The notes beneath the pieces are model-generated. The model made no database searches and was not told the origin of the DNA. It saw only the letters and a program-made list of their open reading frames with translations. A stretch of 64,000 bases of DNA from Amoebidium appalachense (taxonomy: Eukaryota; Protista; Ichthyosporea), in contig CAVNZM010000013.1 of assembly GCA_963693365.1 (NCBI GenBank), positions 8,184,940-8,248,939 of the forward strand, given 5' to 3'. Below, piece by piece: positions 32,612 through 45,491 of the stretch (position 1 is the first letter of the stretch; the number at the start of each line of letters is the position of its first letter). Made by a program: the position numbers and the translations under genes.

Positions 32612-33820
32612 GGGGCCAATCGCCGTGCCTTTTATCGTTTGTTCCTTTCATTCCTTTTTCAGTGTATTGAATTTCCTTTCTTTCAGAATCTTTCTTTTTC
32701 GCTTTTTTGCCCCCACACGGTTATAAAAATTTGTGTTCAGAGGGTCTATGTACTACTAGGATTGGCGTTTTCTTAGCATCTTATCTCAAGGCCCGGTTGT
32801 ACTCGTGCATTTTTTAAGGGGTTTTTGTGAACGATGTTTGTGATGAAACAATCAGAATACTGTGGAAACGTGTGCGATCAGTGGGTTTTGTAACAGTGAT
32901 AATATAGAATGGGGGAAACTCGGCAGGGCCCGATATAAAAAAAATTCTATTCGCATTTCCCGTGGGAAAGGTCTTCTAAGTGCATATGGGGGCTTGCCCC
33001 CCCGACGACCGATTCACTGCACAACAGTGACGCCAGAAGGCATGGGACACAACAATGATACCTGTATGAGGGGTCAATGATTGTATGCTGCGGTAAGTGT
33101 CTGTCTAGTAATACTATCTCACACATTGTCGGTTAAACTTTACGAAAGTCTAAAGTTTTATGTGTGCTTTTATTGGCTGGGACCGGTCGGACCCCGTTCA
33201 ATGAGTGCACAGTATTCTACTATTTAAAAGTGTTAGCTGCGCGTAGTACGGAAGACGGTGCCCCAAGGCCTACGTATGCACTGCAAAATGCTTAGCGCAA
33301 CCAGATGTAATACTATGCCGGAACTTCAGTATGTATAGAAACAAAAAATCCAGGAGTCACGTCGCTAGCGAAATTCCGCTTCTATATCTATTTGCAGCCT
33401 CATCAGCTGAAGCAATTATTGTTCGCCTCAATAATGTACTCCTACCGCTGTGACTGGCAGAATCGATGATACCCCTCCCCCCCCTTCCGGGGCCCCCCCA
33501 CCAGTGTCACCGCTTGAGTGTAAAGGCTTAAAACTAGGCGGCGGCAACTTGAAGCCTTCCATGATCATCTGAGGCTATATTTTCGGATATTTTGTATCAT
33601 CGAAGTTTGTGACTGGCTTACTCAGCGGACAGTCAGACTAATTTACGTTGAAATCAATTGTCAATGAAACATTTTGAAGTTGATCAATTGAAGTCCAGAG
33701 TAGTGATTGTAGATGCGGCCGTACTGTACACGGGTCACTCACTTTTAAGATAACAGGTTGATATGATACGGTTTAGGTTCTAAAATCGCAGTGCAGGTTT
33801 CTTGGCCGTAGGGTTCATTA

Positions 33821-33855
<35 letters not shown>

Positions 33856-33979
33856 CCCAGCCCCCCGCCCGCCCTAAAGGTCCTTATTCTGGGTTGCGGG
33901 AGGTTTTTTTCTTTTCCGAAAGTTCTTTTTTTTTTTGTGGTGGTGGGGGCCGCCGGGGGGGGGGGGGGGGGGGGGGGGG

Positions 33980-35081
33980 TGTTGGAAGTAGAGTCCGCTG
34001 TGACTAGGGTCGTCGTGGCGCGCTTGGGCGCTGACCCGTTTTTTACTGCTTTCAGTGTGTTAACTCCATGACTGAACTCCATGACTGAACTCCATGACTG
34101 AACTCCATGACTGAACTCCATGACTGAACTCCATGACTGAACTCCATGACTGCACCTGGCAGAGACGTGGCTTATATACCCGTGGGGCAGCAGTCTGGAA
34201 TGTAATCCGGATGCCAGGTGCTAATCGGATTGGTTACTTTCATTTAGAGATCTCTGGGACCAGTGAACCAATCGTTTGCAGTCAAAACACAATTGGCAAC
34301 ATTCCTCAACTATGCAGATGTGCATGTGGTGATCGAGTGTCAGCGTGTGTCTGTGTACACGGAACCAATTGTAAAGCTAACATACACATATTGTGGAGTG
34401 AGCGTAAGTCTGCACTCCAACACCCCTACCCAATTGGAGAAGTGTACACACCACTAGAGAAGAGAGAGTGAGTGTGGCTGCTTGCAGGGTAGACCGGGGT
34501 GTGCATTCCACTGTGGTGCGTGCCCCGCCAATGAAGTGGAATACTTGACGTTGATGTCGCAGGCTGCTGCGGATGGAGTTTGTGGAAGCGAAAGTCTCTA
34601 ATGAAGTTAGAGGCCGCGGTGTCGTGTCTGGGCCCATAACCCTGTTGGAAGTAGAGTCCGCTGTGACTAGGGTCGTCGTGGCGCGCTTGGGCGCTGACCC
34701 GTTTTTTACTGCTTTCAGTGTGTTAACTCCATGACTGAACTCCATGACTGAACTCCATGACTGAACTCCATGACTGAACTCCATGACTGAACTCCATGAC
34801 TGAACTCCATGACTGCACCTGGCAGAGACGTGGCTTATATACCCGTGGGGCAGCAGTCTGGAATGTAATCCGGATGCCAGGTGCTAATCGGATTGGTTAC
34901 TTTCATTTAGAGATCTCTGGGACCAGTGAACCAATCGTTTGCAGTCAAAACACAATTGGCAACATTCCTCAACTATGCAGATGTGCATGTGGTGATCGAG
35001 TGTCAGCGTGTGTCTGTGTACACGGAACCAATTGTAAAGCTAACATACACATATTGTGGAGTGAGCGTAAGTCTGCACTCC

Positions 35082-35085
<4 letters not shown>
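33980..35085 (-). mobile_element. TRIM-like non-autonomous LTR retrotransposon (1106 bp)
   Basis: Two apparently identical 443-bp LTRs (33980-34422, 34643-35085; TGTTGG...CCAACA) around a 220-bp interior. PBS GGGTTATGGGCCCAG at 34642-34628; PPT AATTGGGTAGGGG at 34435-34423. G-runs on both flanks. Confidence 0.95.
34062..34152. repeat. Seven perfect 13-bp tandem repeats (AACTCCATGACTG) in the TRIM LTR; same array at 34725-34815
   Basis: Read directly from the sequence. Confidence 0.95.
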
Positions 35086-35121
<36 letters not shown>

Positions 35122-35436
35122 TACACACACACCGTGCACCGTGACATGTACATGGAGACACACACACACCACACACTGGTGTGACTAACATGCACACACA
35201 CGGTCACACACACAAACACGCCGTCGGACAAACCGTTAACTTAATCCAAACTCAGGCAGACACTGTGCACTGGCGGCATTTTCGCACAGCCGCGCCCCCC
35301 TCCCCCCCTCCCCCCCACCCCCCACACCCCCCCCCCTCCCCCCCCCAAAAAAAAAACTTTGGAAAAAAAAAAAAAAAACTCCCGCAGCCCAGAAAAGGGA
35401 CCCACAAGATCTAGACAGGGGTGGAAGTAGGGGGGG

Positions 35437-35483
<47 letters not shown>

Positions 35484-35487
<4 letters not shown>

Positions 35488-35689
35488 CTGTGTGACAGTC
35501 GCGGTGCACCGTACGCGTGACCCGAAGCCCGGCGACACACACACACAGTGTGTCACGTGACGTTGTCACAACACACGTGACGTGCACACACACACACCCT
35601 CACACACACACAAACACACCCAATGACAAACGAACACAAAATCAGTGACAAAAGAACATGAAGTTTTGACTTAAACGTACACCTGGCAT

Positions 35690-35731
<42 letters not shown>

Positions 35732-35940
35732 CTGTGTGACAGTCGCGGTGCACCGTACGCGTGACCCGAAGCCCGGCGACACACACACACAGTGTGTCAC
35801 CGTGACGTTGTCACAACACACGTGACGTGCACACACACACACCCTCACACACACACAAACACACCCAGTGACAAACGAACACAAAATCAGTGACAAAAGA
35901 ACTTGAAGTTTTGACAAAATTTAAACGTACACGTGGCACA
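35484..35940. repeat. Tandem duplication of a roughly 244-bp unit, each copy headed by a G-run
   Basis: CACACTGTGTGACAGTCGCGGTGCACCGTACGCGTGACCCGAAGCCCGGCG starts at 35484 and 35728; related fragments continue to about 37320. Confidence 0.85.
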
Positions 35941-36106
35941 TGCACACATTTTCGCACAGCCCCCCTGACGGTGTGTCCCTCCCCCAGCCCCCCCCCCCCC
36001 CCCCCCCCCTATCCCCCCCTCCCCCCCCTCCCCCCGCCCGCCCCTCCTTCCTCCGTCCTATGGTTCCTTTTTCTGAGCTGCGTGAATTTTTTTTTTTTTG
36101 GTTGGT

Positions 36107-36139
<33 letters not shown>

Positions 36140-36242
36140 GGAAGGGGGGGGGGGGGGACTACACACCGTGCACCATGACACGGACACACTGCACACACAC
36201 TCACACAAACACACCATATGCCAACCAGTGACACTGAGCTTA

Positions 36243-37269
36243 GGGCCTGTTTGGTAGCGCGCTAAATACGGTTTTTTATCGTATTCGTATTTAGGGCCTA
36301 AATACGTATACGATCCCGTGGCATGCCAAACACGCCGCGGGCTTTTATTTTTTGTAAATACGATAGGGATCGCTTTTACATATATCGTATTTACGAAAAT
36401 CACCGCCGGAGGTGATTCTCGTAAATACGATACAGGAAATTAGCCAATCAGAGCATTTCGCATCATTTATTGGCTATCAGCTAGCCAATGGTACAGCGTA
36501 AGCCGCGGCGGGCACATTTTTACTACAGTACGCATGCCGGTGCATGCACGTGAAGTTGAACAATTCACTGTTAGAAAGAAGGTCGGTGTCATACACGTCA
36601 TTTTGTGTACATGCCCAGTTAAAATTGGCACATGAATTTGGGTAGCGCTGCACAGGTAAGACAGAGGACGAGGAAACCTACACGGTGCATGATCACAAGC
36701 TCAGACTGTATATATATGCCATAATAATCATTGAAACAATACTGGACTCCGATATATACATTAATAAAAACAATCAAATGTACATGTACAAACTCGGTGA
36801 CATGCAGGCACCACGAGTTGTAGACAAGGACAAATTTTAACACTATGTGTTCAGATATGTGGGGAATGCCAGGGACGAACGTTAGTGACGTAAAACGAGG
36901 TCTCTAGCAAGGCTAGCCACCGCAATAACTGGCAGTATCCCTTCAACAACAGACTTTCTAACCTATTGTTAAACAGAGCAAGACTCACTGTCGGTGACTC
37001 GTTTTTGCCGTTCGCTGTAATACTGACTACAGCTGCACCAGCATGGAATACCGAAGGATGATCAATGGGTGCGAATAGGGCCAATCAGATCTCGTGAACC
37101 ATGTATACAATCGACATTTTATGTGACCAGTCACGCCTGACAGCGTTTGGAAGACACCAACCGTATTTAGGCCCTAAATACGCATACCACGATAAATTTT
37201 GTAAATACGGTAGATCGTATTTAGGGCCTAAATACGAATACAATTATTGGGGTGCTGCCAAACAGGCCC
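36243..37269. mobile_element. Non-autonomous PIF/Harbinger (Tourist-like) DNA transposon, 1027 bp
   Basis: TIRs GGGCCTGTTTGG(T/C)AGC at both ends and a TTA target-site duplication (36240-36242, 37270-37272). Subterminal near-palindromes CGTATTTAGG(G/C)CCTAAATACG. No transposase ORF. Confidence 0.9.
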
Positions 37270-37593
37270 TTACAAACGAACACAAAATCCCCCCGGCCAA
37301 ATGTACACACTATGTCACAGATATGTGCACACATTTTCGCACCTGTAAAGGCGCACTGAATACGGTGTTACAGTAGCGGCCAGGGACACGTGTCGGACTC
37401 CGAGGGCCGTGGGCCCCCATTATGATGTGAACCGTTTCACTCTTTCTTAGCCTTTTGCACACACTCGCACTGTGCACGTGGCACACGCACACACACACAT
37501 ATACATACTATAAATTGTAAACACCGTGGCCGTACATGTACACACACAAGCTTGGACACACGGGACACTCCCTGAGGCTCCCCCCACCTCCCA

Positions 37594-37624
<31 letters not shown>

Positions 37625-37649
37625 CCCCCCCCCCCCACCCCCCCCCCCC

Positions 37650-37681
<32 letters not shown>

Positions 37682-37770
37682 GAGTCAATGAGTCACTACA
37701 CACATAACACCCACAAACACCCACAAACACACACTACACACATAACACCCACAAACACACACACACACGT

Positions 37771-37811
<41 letters not shown>

Positions 37812-38292
37812 GTCACATTGACTAAAAGTTTCCGGGTCTGTAGTCTAAGATTCATGAATTTAAAACAAAGCAAATTCTTCCGGTTGCCAAGCTAATCACA
37901 AAAGAAATACTAATCTGCCGTGTGTCCTTGTGTGCACGTGTGTACGGCCACTGGTTGGGTTAGAGATTTTAAGTGCACTGTGACGTTATATACATTGAGC
38001 ACCAAAATATTAGGCCCTTCTTGCATCGCAAGGTAGCCTTGCCACACTAATGACTATCGCATCATTGAACCGCTCGCGCATTTTTTTAAAAAATAAAACT
38101 TTTTTAGTATTATATCATGTGAAAGCCGGGCGGCCACATCCGATTGCATATCTTTCCGTCGAATAGGCCAGGCCTACATCCAGTCAAAAGAAAAATGTGA
38201 CTCCCGATGGCATTCTGTTGAGCAAAGCATCCGGCGGATACTATTGGCTCTGTGCTATGGAGGAACTTATCGCAGCATCAATTTTGAAATAC

Positions 38293-38491
38293 TTGGGGTT
38301 TACGCTGTTTACTCGAGGCAAAGAGAACCAGTCTCAGGTATGGGGGGGGGGGGGGTTTGCTCGGAATATCCCCTCAGCGGTATATCATGATCACGTACAT
38401 AGATGTCGGGTGGTGACTATATATCAGGGTTTACTTTCTCTACGAGACACCATAAAGACTACAAGGAGAAATCAATTAGTTGGGGTTCCCC

Positions 38492-38526
<35 letters not shown>

Positions 38527-38558
38527 GGGCTCCCCTCGGGACACTCGGTATCAGCTGG

Positions 38559-38605
<47 letters not shown>

Positions 38606-39176
38606 TGCGCTATAATTTTGTAGTGATGTGTTTCTCAAGCCAATCAATACATCTAATAAACAGGTCGTAGTTACGCGTGTTTAGTATAAAATCAAGGATG
38701 TAATTTACAGGTAGGCTATCTTTCTGGGTGTCTGTTGTGAATGTGACGTGTGTGTGTTGCGGTATTATGTGGTCTATCAAACTACATTTGGCGATACATG
38801 ACCGGTTAAACTGGTGTGTGTGTGTGTTGTTTGGGCATGCAAATGATGCCACCTTATACTTATTAGATCTCCACTGTATAGCACGTGTACAGTAAAAGCG
38901 TGGTAATTGATCAATAATACCATCAGCTAGAGAAAGACCAGTTCTACAGGAAGGTAATATGTATTTAGGTGTTATACACTTGCGAGTGCCATATTTGGCA
39001 ATATGGTTGAGGCGGTCAGTATATATAAAACGAGACATAAGGCTTAGTTTTTCAAGGTGTATGCTTTCATCGGGTCTAGTGTCGTGTGGTATCTTTTTCC
39101 ATTTGTTATATTGCGTGATTATCTTGTGATTGTGTACATGTTTAATAAGTAAGTGGCAGTCCAAAGTCACACACAC
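38293..39176 (-). mobile_element. Probable 5'-truncated non-LTR retrotransposon (LINE) 3' end
   Basis: The AT-rich open frame 39176-38610 ends RAIQWRSN...CPNN..HQFNRSC...NYILDFILN, resembling LINE ORF2 C-terminal Cys-containing regions. It is followed by an A-run-containing segment that recurs at 63339-63600. No RT motif is left, so the call rests on resemblance. Confidence 0.5.
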
Positions 39177-39697
39177 ACTATTGCGGGGTTTATTTGTATT
39201 TGTGCCCAGGGGAGAAGGGGAGAGAGAGGGGAGGAAAGAGGGGAGAGGTGAGGGAGGGGACAGGTCGGATAGAGAAGAGAGGGTGGGAGGGCAAATACTT
39301 CTTTAAGCGGCTTATGTGCTTATTGAATTTCAGCGCGAGATAGGATACTCTAGCAGCTATTGGGACCAGACCATATATCGAGAGCGTTACAGGCCCAGGT
39401 TTACAACAGTTGTTAGATAGAAAGGAGGCAACTTCTGCTTGAACGGTGACTGTATGACGAAGATTTCATCTGAGGCCCTTGAAGGCTGGCACGTACTGAC
39501 GGTGCCTACGCTGCTATGAACTTGCCGTTCGCCTCACACCCATCTATTTTTCCTTACACTCTCGCGACCGCGTGCACTTTCTCTCGCGGCGGCTCTACGG
39601 TCCCGAGAGTCCAGTGTTCGCTGTGTGTATAAGGAAAAATACGAGTCACCTCAGTAGGTGACAGCCTTGAAGGCTTCTCAAACATGATGTGGAGTCC

Positions 39698-39766
<69 letters not shown>

Positions 39767-40947
39767 AAAAAAAAACCACCCCCTCCCTCCCACCTACTCA
39801 CGGTGACCCCGTGCACGAATCACCGTTGCCAGCTTTTAAGGCTTATTTGCAATCGGCACGGTGGCTGGTATTATAATATTATCACAACTTAAAAAACATT
39901 TCGAGTCTTTCACTTAGCAAAAAAAAAAAATCTCAGTGACCCGGTGCAGACCGACTGAGTATGGAATAATTGCGGATCACCATCATGATGGGCAACGCAG
40001 TAGCCGGGTTCTTGCCTTGCGTAAGGGAAGGCTTGGCATAAGCAGGAGACCAATGCGTTTCAATGTATTTTTCAGACCGGCCCTAGGTTTAACATTCGCA
40101 TGTTGAGAGCAGAAGGCCTTCTCAGCTGAGAAAAGGGGTGAGTGACGGAGGCTCAGGGCATCAATATGATACCGTATGGGTCTAGTAGGCTAGGTTGGAA
40201 ACATGAACAGCCTGCCGGACTGAATTCACACCTGGTCGGTGAGTCACAACACTGATACCAGAACCATCACCTGAGGGACCGGTTGAAACACCTTTGCTAC
40301 TGCTTATGTGGTACATATCATGAAGGATATCGGCATGGACATTACGAGTGAGGCTCAAATTGACTCTGTTTGGATCAATCACATCAGTTTAACCTTTATT
40401 CAACTTGTCATACTCCGATATCTCACATAATCATCAATTTTAACTGCTACTGAGGCCGCAGGCATAGTATTAAAACAACTTCGTAGCCTCCCCAAAACAC
40501 ACCATACTATGGTGGCTGCTACGCATACCATCTGTACTGCTAAGACACATACACATCTGTTATTGAATCATTCAAAAAACGACGTCACGTGAAAATTGTC
40601 GAAGTCACTGACTCGACCAAGTGAACGAATGGGTCTGGACGACTGTTGCCCATATGATCTGCTTCGTGCCTACCGTATGATATAATGGCCGCTGGAACTT
40701 TCTACACTGTCTGAAATTCAATTCTATCCTGCTGGGCATTGACTCACCTACTTATCGTACAAGGCTTACAGCTTTACTACGTAGTGAATATGTTAATCTG
40801 CAACCTTCAAGTTTGCTTTGCTGAGCGAGGCTGCCTTTCAGTCACCGCCGTTCTGCAGCCTCAGGCTGGCCTACCGTAGAGTTTCTCTGGCTGGCGCGGT
40901 GCAGGTCCCCTCTGAAATCAGGTAACTCAACAAAAGGCTTACACAAA

Positions 40948-41469
40948 CTAGCTGTTGCATATCATACTTTGCTGCAGCCCGCTATCGTCGGACCGTTCCG
41001 ACCGTGCTCCACCGTTGTGTGCTTGAGGCCCACGCAAAGGCAGGTGGGGGGATGCACAGAGGTCTGGCCAGTGTCTGTGCAGGTGCTGCTGCTGCCACTC
41101 AACCACCCTGGTGTGCCGCAGGGTGGCCGTTGTTCTGTTGCGGAGGGGCTCACAGAACAGGCCACTGGGCCGTGTGGGCAGGTGGGGGCCTGGGCCCAGG
41201 CGGGAGCTGAAGGAGTTCCAGTCGCCCTCCTCCTCGTAGGCCTCCTGGCCGTCGTCCTCCCAGTCAGCGCCCTGCAGCAGCAGGCATATGCGCTGGCCCT
41301 CATACTCGGTCCAGTAGTGCTGGGGGGTCGACTGCAGCACCTGCTCCAGCGCCTGGATGCGCTGGCGCAGCAGCAGGTTCTCGCCCTTGAGCTGTGTGTT
41401 CTCCTCTGCCAGCAGCACACCCTGGGCCTGCCGGTGGGCCAGGCTCGGGGTGGTGGTGCAGGGGTCCAT
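40948..41469 (-). CDS. Uncharacterised ORF with leucine-zipper-like coiled coil and acidic patch (possibly fragmentary or spliced)
   Basis: GC3-rich, CTG/CAG/GAG-rich codons like the host exons. LAEENTQLKGENLLLRQRIQALEQVL has a heptad pattern. No recognisable family. Confidence 0.35.
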   Translation of the reverse strand: MDPCTTTPSLAHRQAQGVLLAEENTQLKGENLLLRQRIQALEQVLQSTPQHYWTEYEGQRICLLLQGADWEDDGQEAYEEEGDWNSFSSRLGPGPHLPTRPSGLFCEPLRNRTTATLRHTRVVEWQQQHLHRHWPDLCASPHLPLRGPQAHNGGARSERSDDSGLQQSMICNS

Positions 41470-43541
41470 GGCTGCAAGGCTGTGGGGCATATGGCTGGCT
41501 AGGTGGGTGCACGGCTGTGTAGGGCCCTGACAATGTGTTCTTCTGGAACCGTTTAAGTATGGAGGCAGAAACGGGTGTTGTTGGGCAGACTGCGGTGCCA
41601 ATCCGGGAATCAATCAGTCAGGATAATGAGGCCGCCTGATGTTGGTGACGGCCGAGTGTCTGATGTAAAAAACTTTGCGATGCTCAGTCCAACCAAGTGC
41701 CTTGAAGCCGGACAGCAGAAGAGTGCGGTAGCCGAGAGGCAGGGTGTCGAGTGATTGACACAGGTGTATTAACCCTCCTCCCAAGTTGATGACACAGGTG
41801 TATTAACCCTCCTCCCAAGTTGAAAAGCCAAGGGATCCGGAATCACGAGGTCGATAAGGTTCAAGTCAGACTCTATGGTTGCTGTAAACTGCCAGTGGCC
41901 GACCACCCTCCACGCTGTAATAGACGGCGGCAAACTTTTGGGCCTCACATGTGTACGTTCCTGGGTAAAGCATTAGGCCGCAGCAACCACTATCGGGCTC
42001 TTAAGCCAAAAAGTTCAGCCTGTCACAGCCTGGCCCTGGCAACCAACTGGGGAAGTGAGGCGCCTGATTGTTCGTTTTGTTCGTCCCGGCGGGGCGCCAA
42101 GGGCAGCTGCCGTGCTGCAAAAGCTTTGTTTACGCCGTCTTTTGCGTACCCGCACATTCGCGTCAACTCAGCCCTGTGCGTGAGCTCTCCTCACCAGATG
42201 CCTGTAGACCTAGCATAGAGCCCCCCCCCAGCCAGCGGACATATTTAGAAATGAATGTAGATCCAGGCCGGCTGAACATGAGTCAGTGAAAAAGGACGCG
42301 GCTATCATAACTTCAGGGGCCGATGATATTGCCTGACCATCATGGGAGGGAGCGAAATTTAGGGGCTCAATATCAAAGGTTGATCATTTCTGGGATATGC
42401 TGTCGTCCGAACATTCCTGGAAACCGAAACCAATAGGAAGCTTGATTGGCTATTGTGCGGAGTCGCCTCAGCCTGAATAAAAAATTTAATATTGAAATGG
42501 AAGAATGCGCCGTGTCGCAGAGAAATATATGGAGTTGTCAGCTACATAATACTCGCAACTATGCGACTCAATAATAGTTTGAAGTTTCATGAATTAAATT
42601 AAACATTCACATGTTTTAGGCGAACTTCGGCCCGACCGCTGTCGACCTTGCAGATAGTCGAGTGAATGGACAACATTACACCCTTTTCTGGTTAGAAACC
42701 AGATGCTGGCAGCATTCCGAGGAATCCGTGCTATCTGAGTGGATGCGCTCCTAACCAATCGAAGAGCCCATCTGAAATGTTTGTTAGAGCCTTTTGGTTT
42801 TATATTTCGGTATTTGATTTATGTATCAAAAAACACATCTGGCCCTATGCATAGAAAATGACATAAATTTAATATGCTAAAAATTTAGATGATTTGATAA
42901 CCCAAATCCTCAGCTGTCGCCGACGCTCGGGCCAGCTCCTATGATCACCATCACTGACTGATGTGTACATGCCACCACAGGTCCACAGCCCGTCAGGCCG
43001 ATCGCTTATCGCAGCTACTTTGGCATGCAAAGGGGGCGTCAGGGTAGTAATTATAAACTATGGATCGTTCCGATCGTTTTTCATGAAATAAATTTTAAAG
43101 GCGCTTGTGGGTGTAATGCAACTTTTCCATGTACCAGCCTGCCAGCCTGGGCCCATGACACGGGAGTCACTATTGTACAATAGGCTGCACATGCGTGGAC
43201 ACACTTACACGCGCGCATTCACCCACATCACATGCACACACACAAACACACACACAAGCCTGAAAAAACAATGCACGAACTTGTGCCAAACACATGAAAA
43301 TGTCTAGGCGTGGACACGTATGTATGTGCTTTGCATACGTACATGTGTGGCGAGTCACTTACAGGGGCTTGTAAACATTCTCCCCCCCGTAATGCAGGTT
43401 CTGGGTAGATCGCCCATACTTCCGCGAAGCCCGTACATTGTTACACACCCTGACATATGTCACACATAGGATAAATCGCCAGCCCTTGGCGATTGGCAAT
43501 CAATTTCAAAATAATTTTATAAAGCCATGCCACTATTTGTA

Positions 43542-43591
<50 letters not shown>

Positions 43592-44634
43592 GGACACGTA
43601 TACACCTTGCTACCAAGCACAAATTTTGAACGCTCTGCCTTTTATTGCTACCAACACTCGTACGCATGCACTAATTATCGCCCACCATTCATGACTTAAT
43701 CATCATCGTACATATCCATATCCATATCCACATTTCATACTGCACCAAAGAATGCGCCACGTGCACGATGGCGCCATTTTCGCATGTTTTCACTGGTTGT
43801 GCGCACACCCGGTGGTCACGAGGACCGTCCGCCTCGCAGCTGCGCGCGTGCCCCAGAACTTTCCTCCATGATCTGGCTTGGTCTGGCAACATGATGCAAA
43901 GGCCACATATGACAGCCACTTATGTGCTAGTACATAGCCTGACGGAATTCATATATTACTGTTGTACGGCAGTACATACATACTGTGACACAGCGAGTCA
44001 GACATGACATTTTCTAAAAACCTTAGGCATAAATCAGCCGGGGCTGCAGCCGGGGCTGGGTCACTAACCAGTAAATATTTAAGGGCCCTTAATCATTGAA
44101 TTGTGAATTTGTGAATGACTCGTGACAGATCTCGATGTGGTCATGATCACGGTCCTCAGATGGCTTTCGAGGGTATTTGTCGCCCTCAGACGGTGATCAC
44201 CGTCGCTGACCTCAGTGGACTCAGGCCCAGTACGTGCACGTGGCATACAGTCTGCCACGGTGCCACCGCCCCAGCCACTACTCGCTCACATATATATATC
44301 GGATCTGAAATCCAGGGTGTTGCAATTGTTTCAGGAGCCGTGATCATAAATTAATTATCCTAGCTTGTAACTCAGCGGTTATAATAATGACTAGGCTAGC
44401 TATTCTGCTGCAATACCGGTAGACTTGTGCATGTGGTACCATCTGACTCCGTCTAAGTTGTGATATATATATACATACTAATTATGGCATGATAACTGCG
44501 GGCCACGGTCAGTGTAGTACATGACGAGTGACGACTCGAAATGAAAACGGTTCCGCTAGCGCTGCATGATGAATCAGATGATAACCGATGATGACACAAT
44601 CACTGGATGGCTCTAGTACTACTAGGTGGCACAA

Positions 44635-44722
44635 GGGGGAGGGGGGGGGGGGGGGGGGGGGGGGGGGTGTACATGTACAGGGGGGACCCGGGGGGGGGGG
44701 GGGTGGCCGGGGGGTGGGGAGG

Positions 44723-44756
<34 letters not shown>

Positions 44757-44856
44757 CTGGAAAAGAGAGACCCGGGGAGACAGACTCCGTGGGGGCCGGG
44801 GAGGGGGGAGGGGGAAAGAGGGGGAGGGGGGCGAGGGGGAGAGCCTCGCGCGCGGG

Positions 44857-44907
<51 letters not shown>

Positions 44908-44934
44908 AGGGAGAGAGAGAGAGGGGGGGGGGGG

Positions 44935-44973
<39 letters not shown>

Positions 44974-44999
44974 TCAGGGAGAGAGAGAGGGAGAGGGAG

Positions 45000-45067
<68 letters not shown>

Positions 45068-45075
45068 GAGGGAGG

Positions 45076-45173
<98 letters not shown>

Positions 45174-45259
45174 AGGGGGGGGGGGGAGGGGTGCCTGGGG
45201 GGTGAGGGAGGGGAGAAAGAGAGAGGAGAAAGGGGGAGACTCTTTGAGAGAGAGAGAGC

Positions 45260-45306
<47 letters not shown>

Positions 45307-45397
45307 CTGAGAAAGAGAGAGCCGGAGAGAGAGATCTAGAGAGAGAGATATCTAGAGATCTAGAGAGAGAGAGATCTAGAGAGAGAGAGAGAGAGAG

Positions 45398-45489
<92 letters not shown>
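44635..45489. repeat. About 850-bp G-run/(GA)n polypurine tract
   Basis: Read directly; it explains the spurious RE/SL ORFs. Confidence 0.9.

Positions 45490-45491
<2 letters not shown>

Noticed and set aside
34062-34152. Possible CRISPR-like array (also 57117-57420 and 60136-60467)
   Set aside because: Head-to-tail tandem repeats without unique spacers, no cas genes, eukaryotic context.
34133-34471. Duplicated 112/130-aa ORFs MTELHDCTWQRR...
   Set aside because: They are duplicated only because they lie in the two TRIM LTRs, antisense to the element; no coding signal.
39935-40135. Several small hairpins suggesting a structured ncRNA
   Set aside because: Stems are short or imperfect and match no RNA family I recognise; no tRNA or rRNA gene was seen in the window.
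42330-42915. AT-rich stretch reminiscent of a Tc1/mariner MITE (also 25850-26100)
   Set aside because: I could not identify matching TIRs or a TSD.
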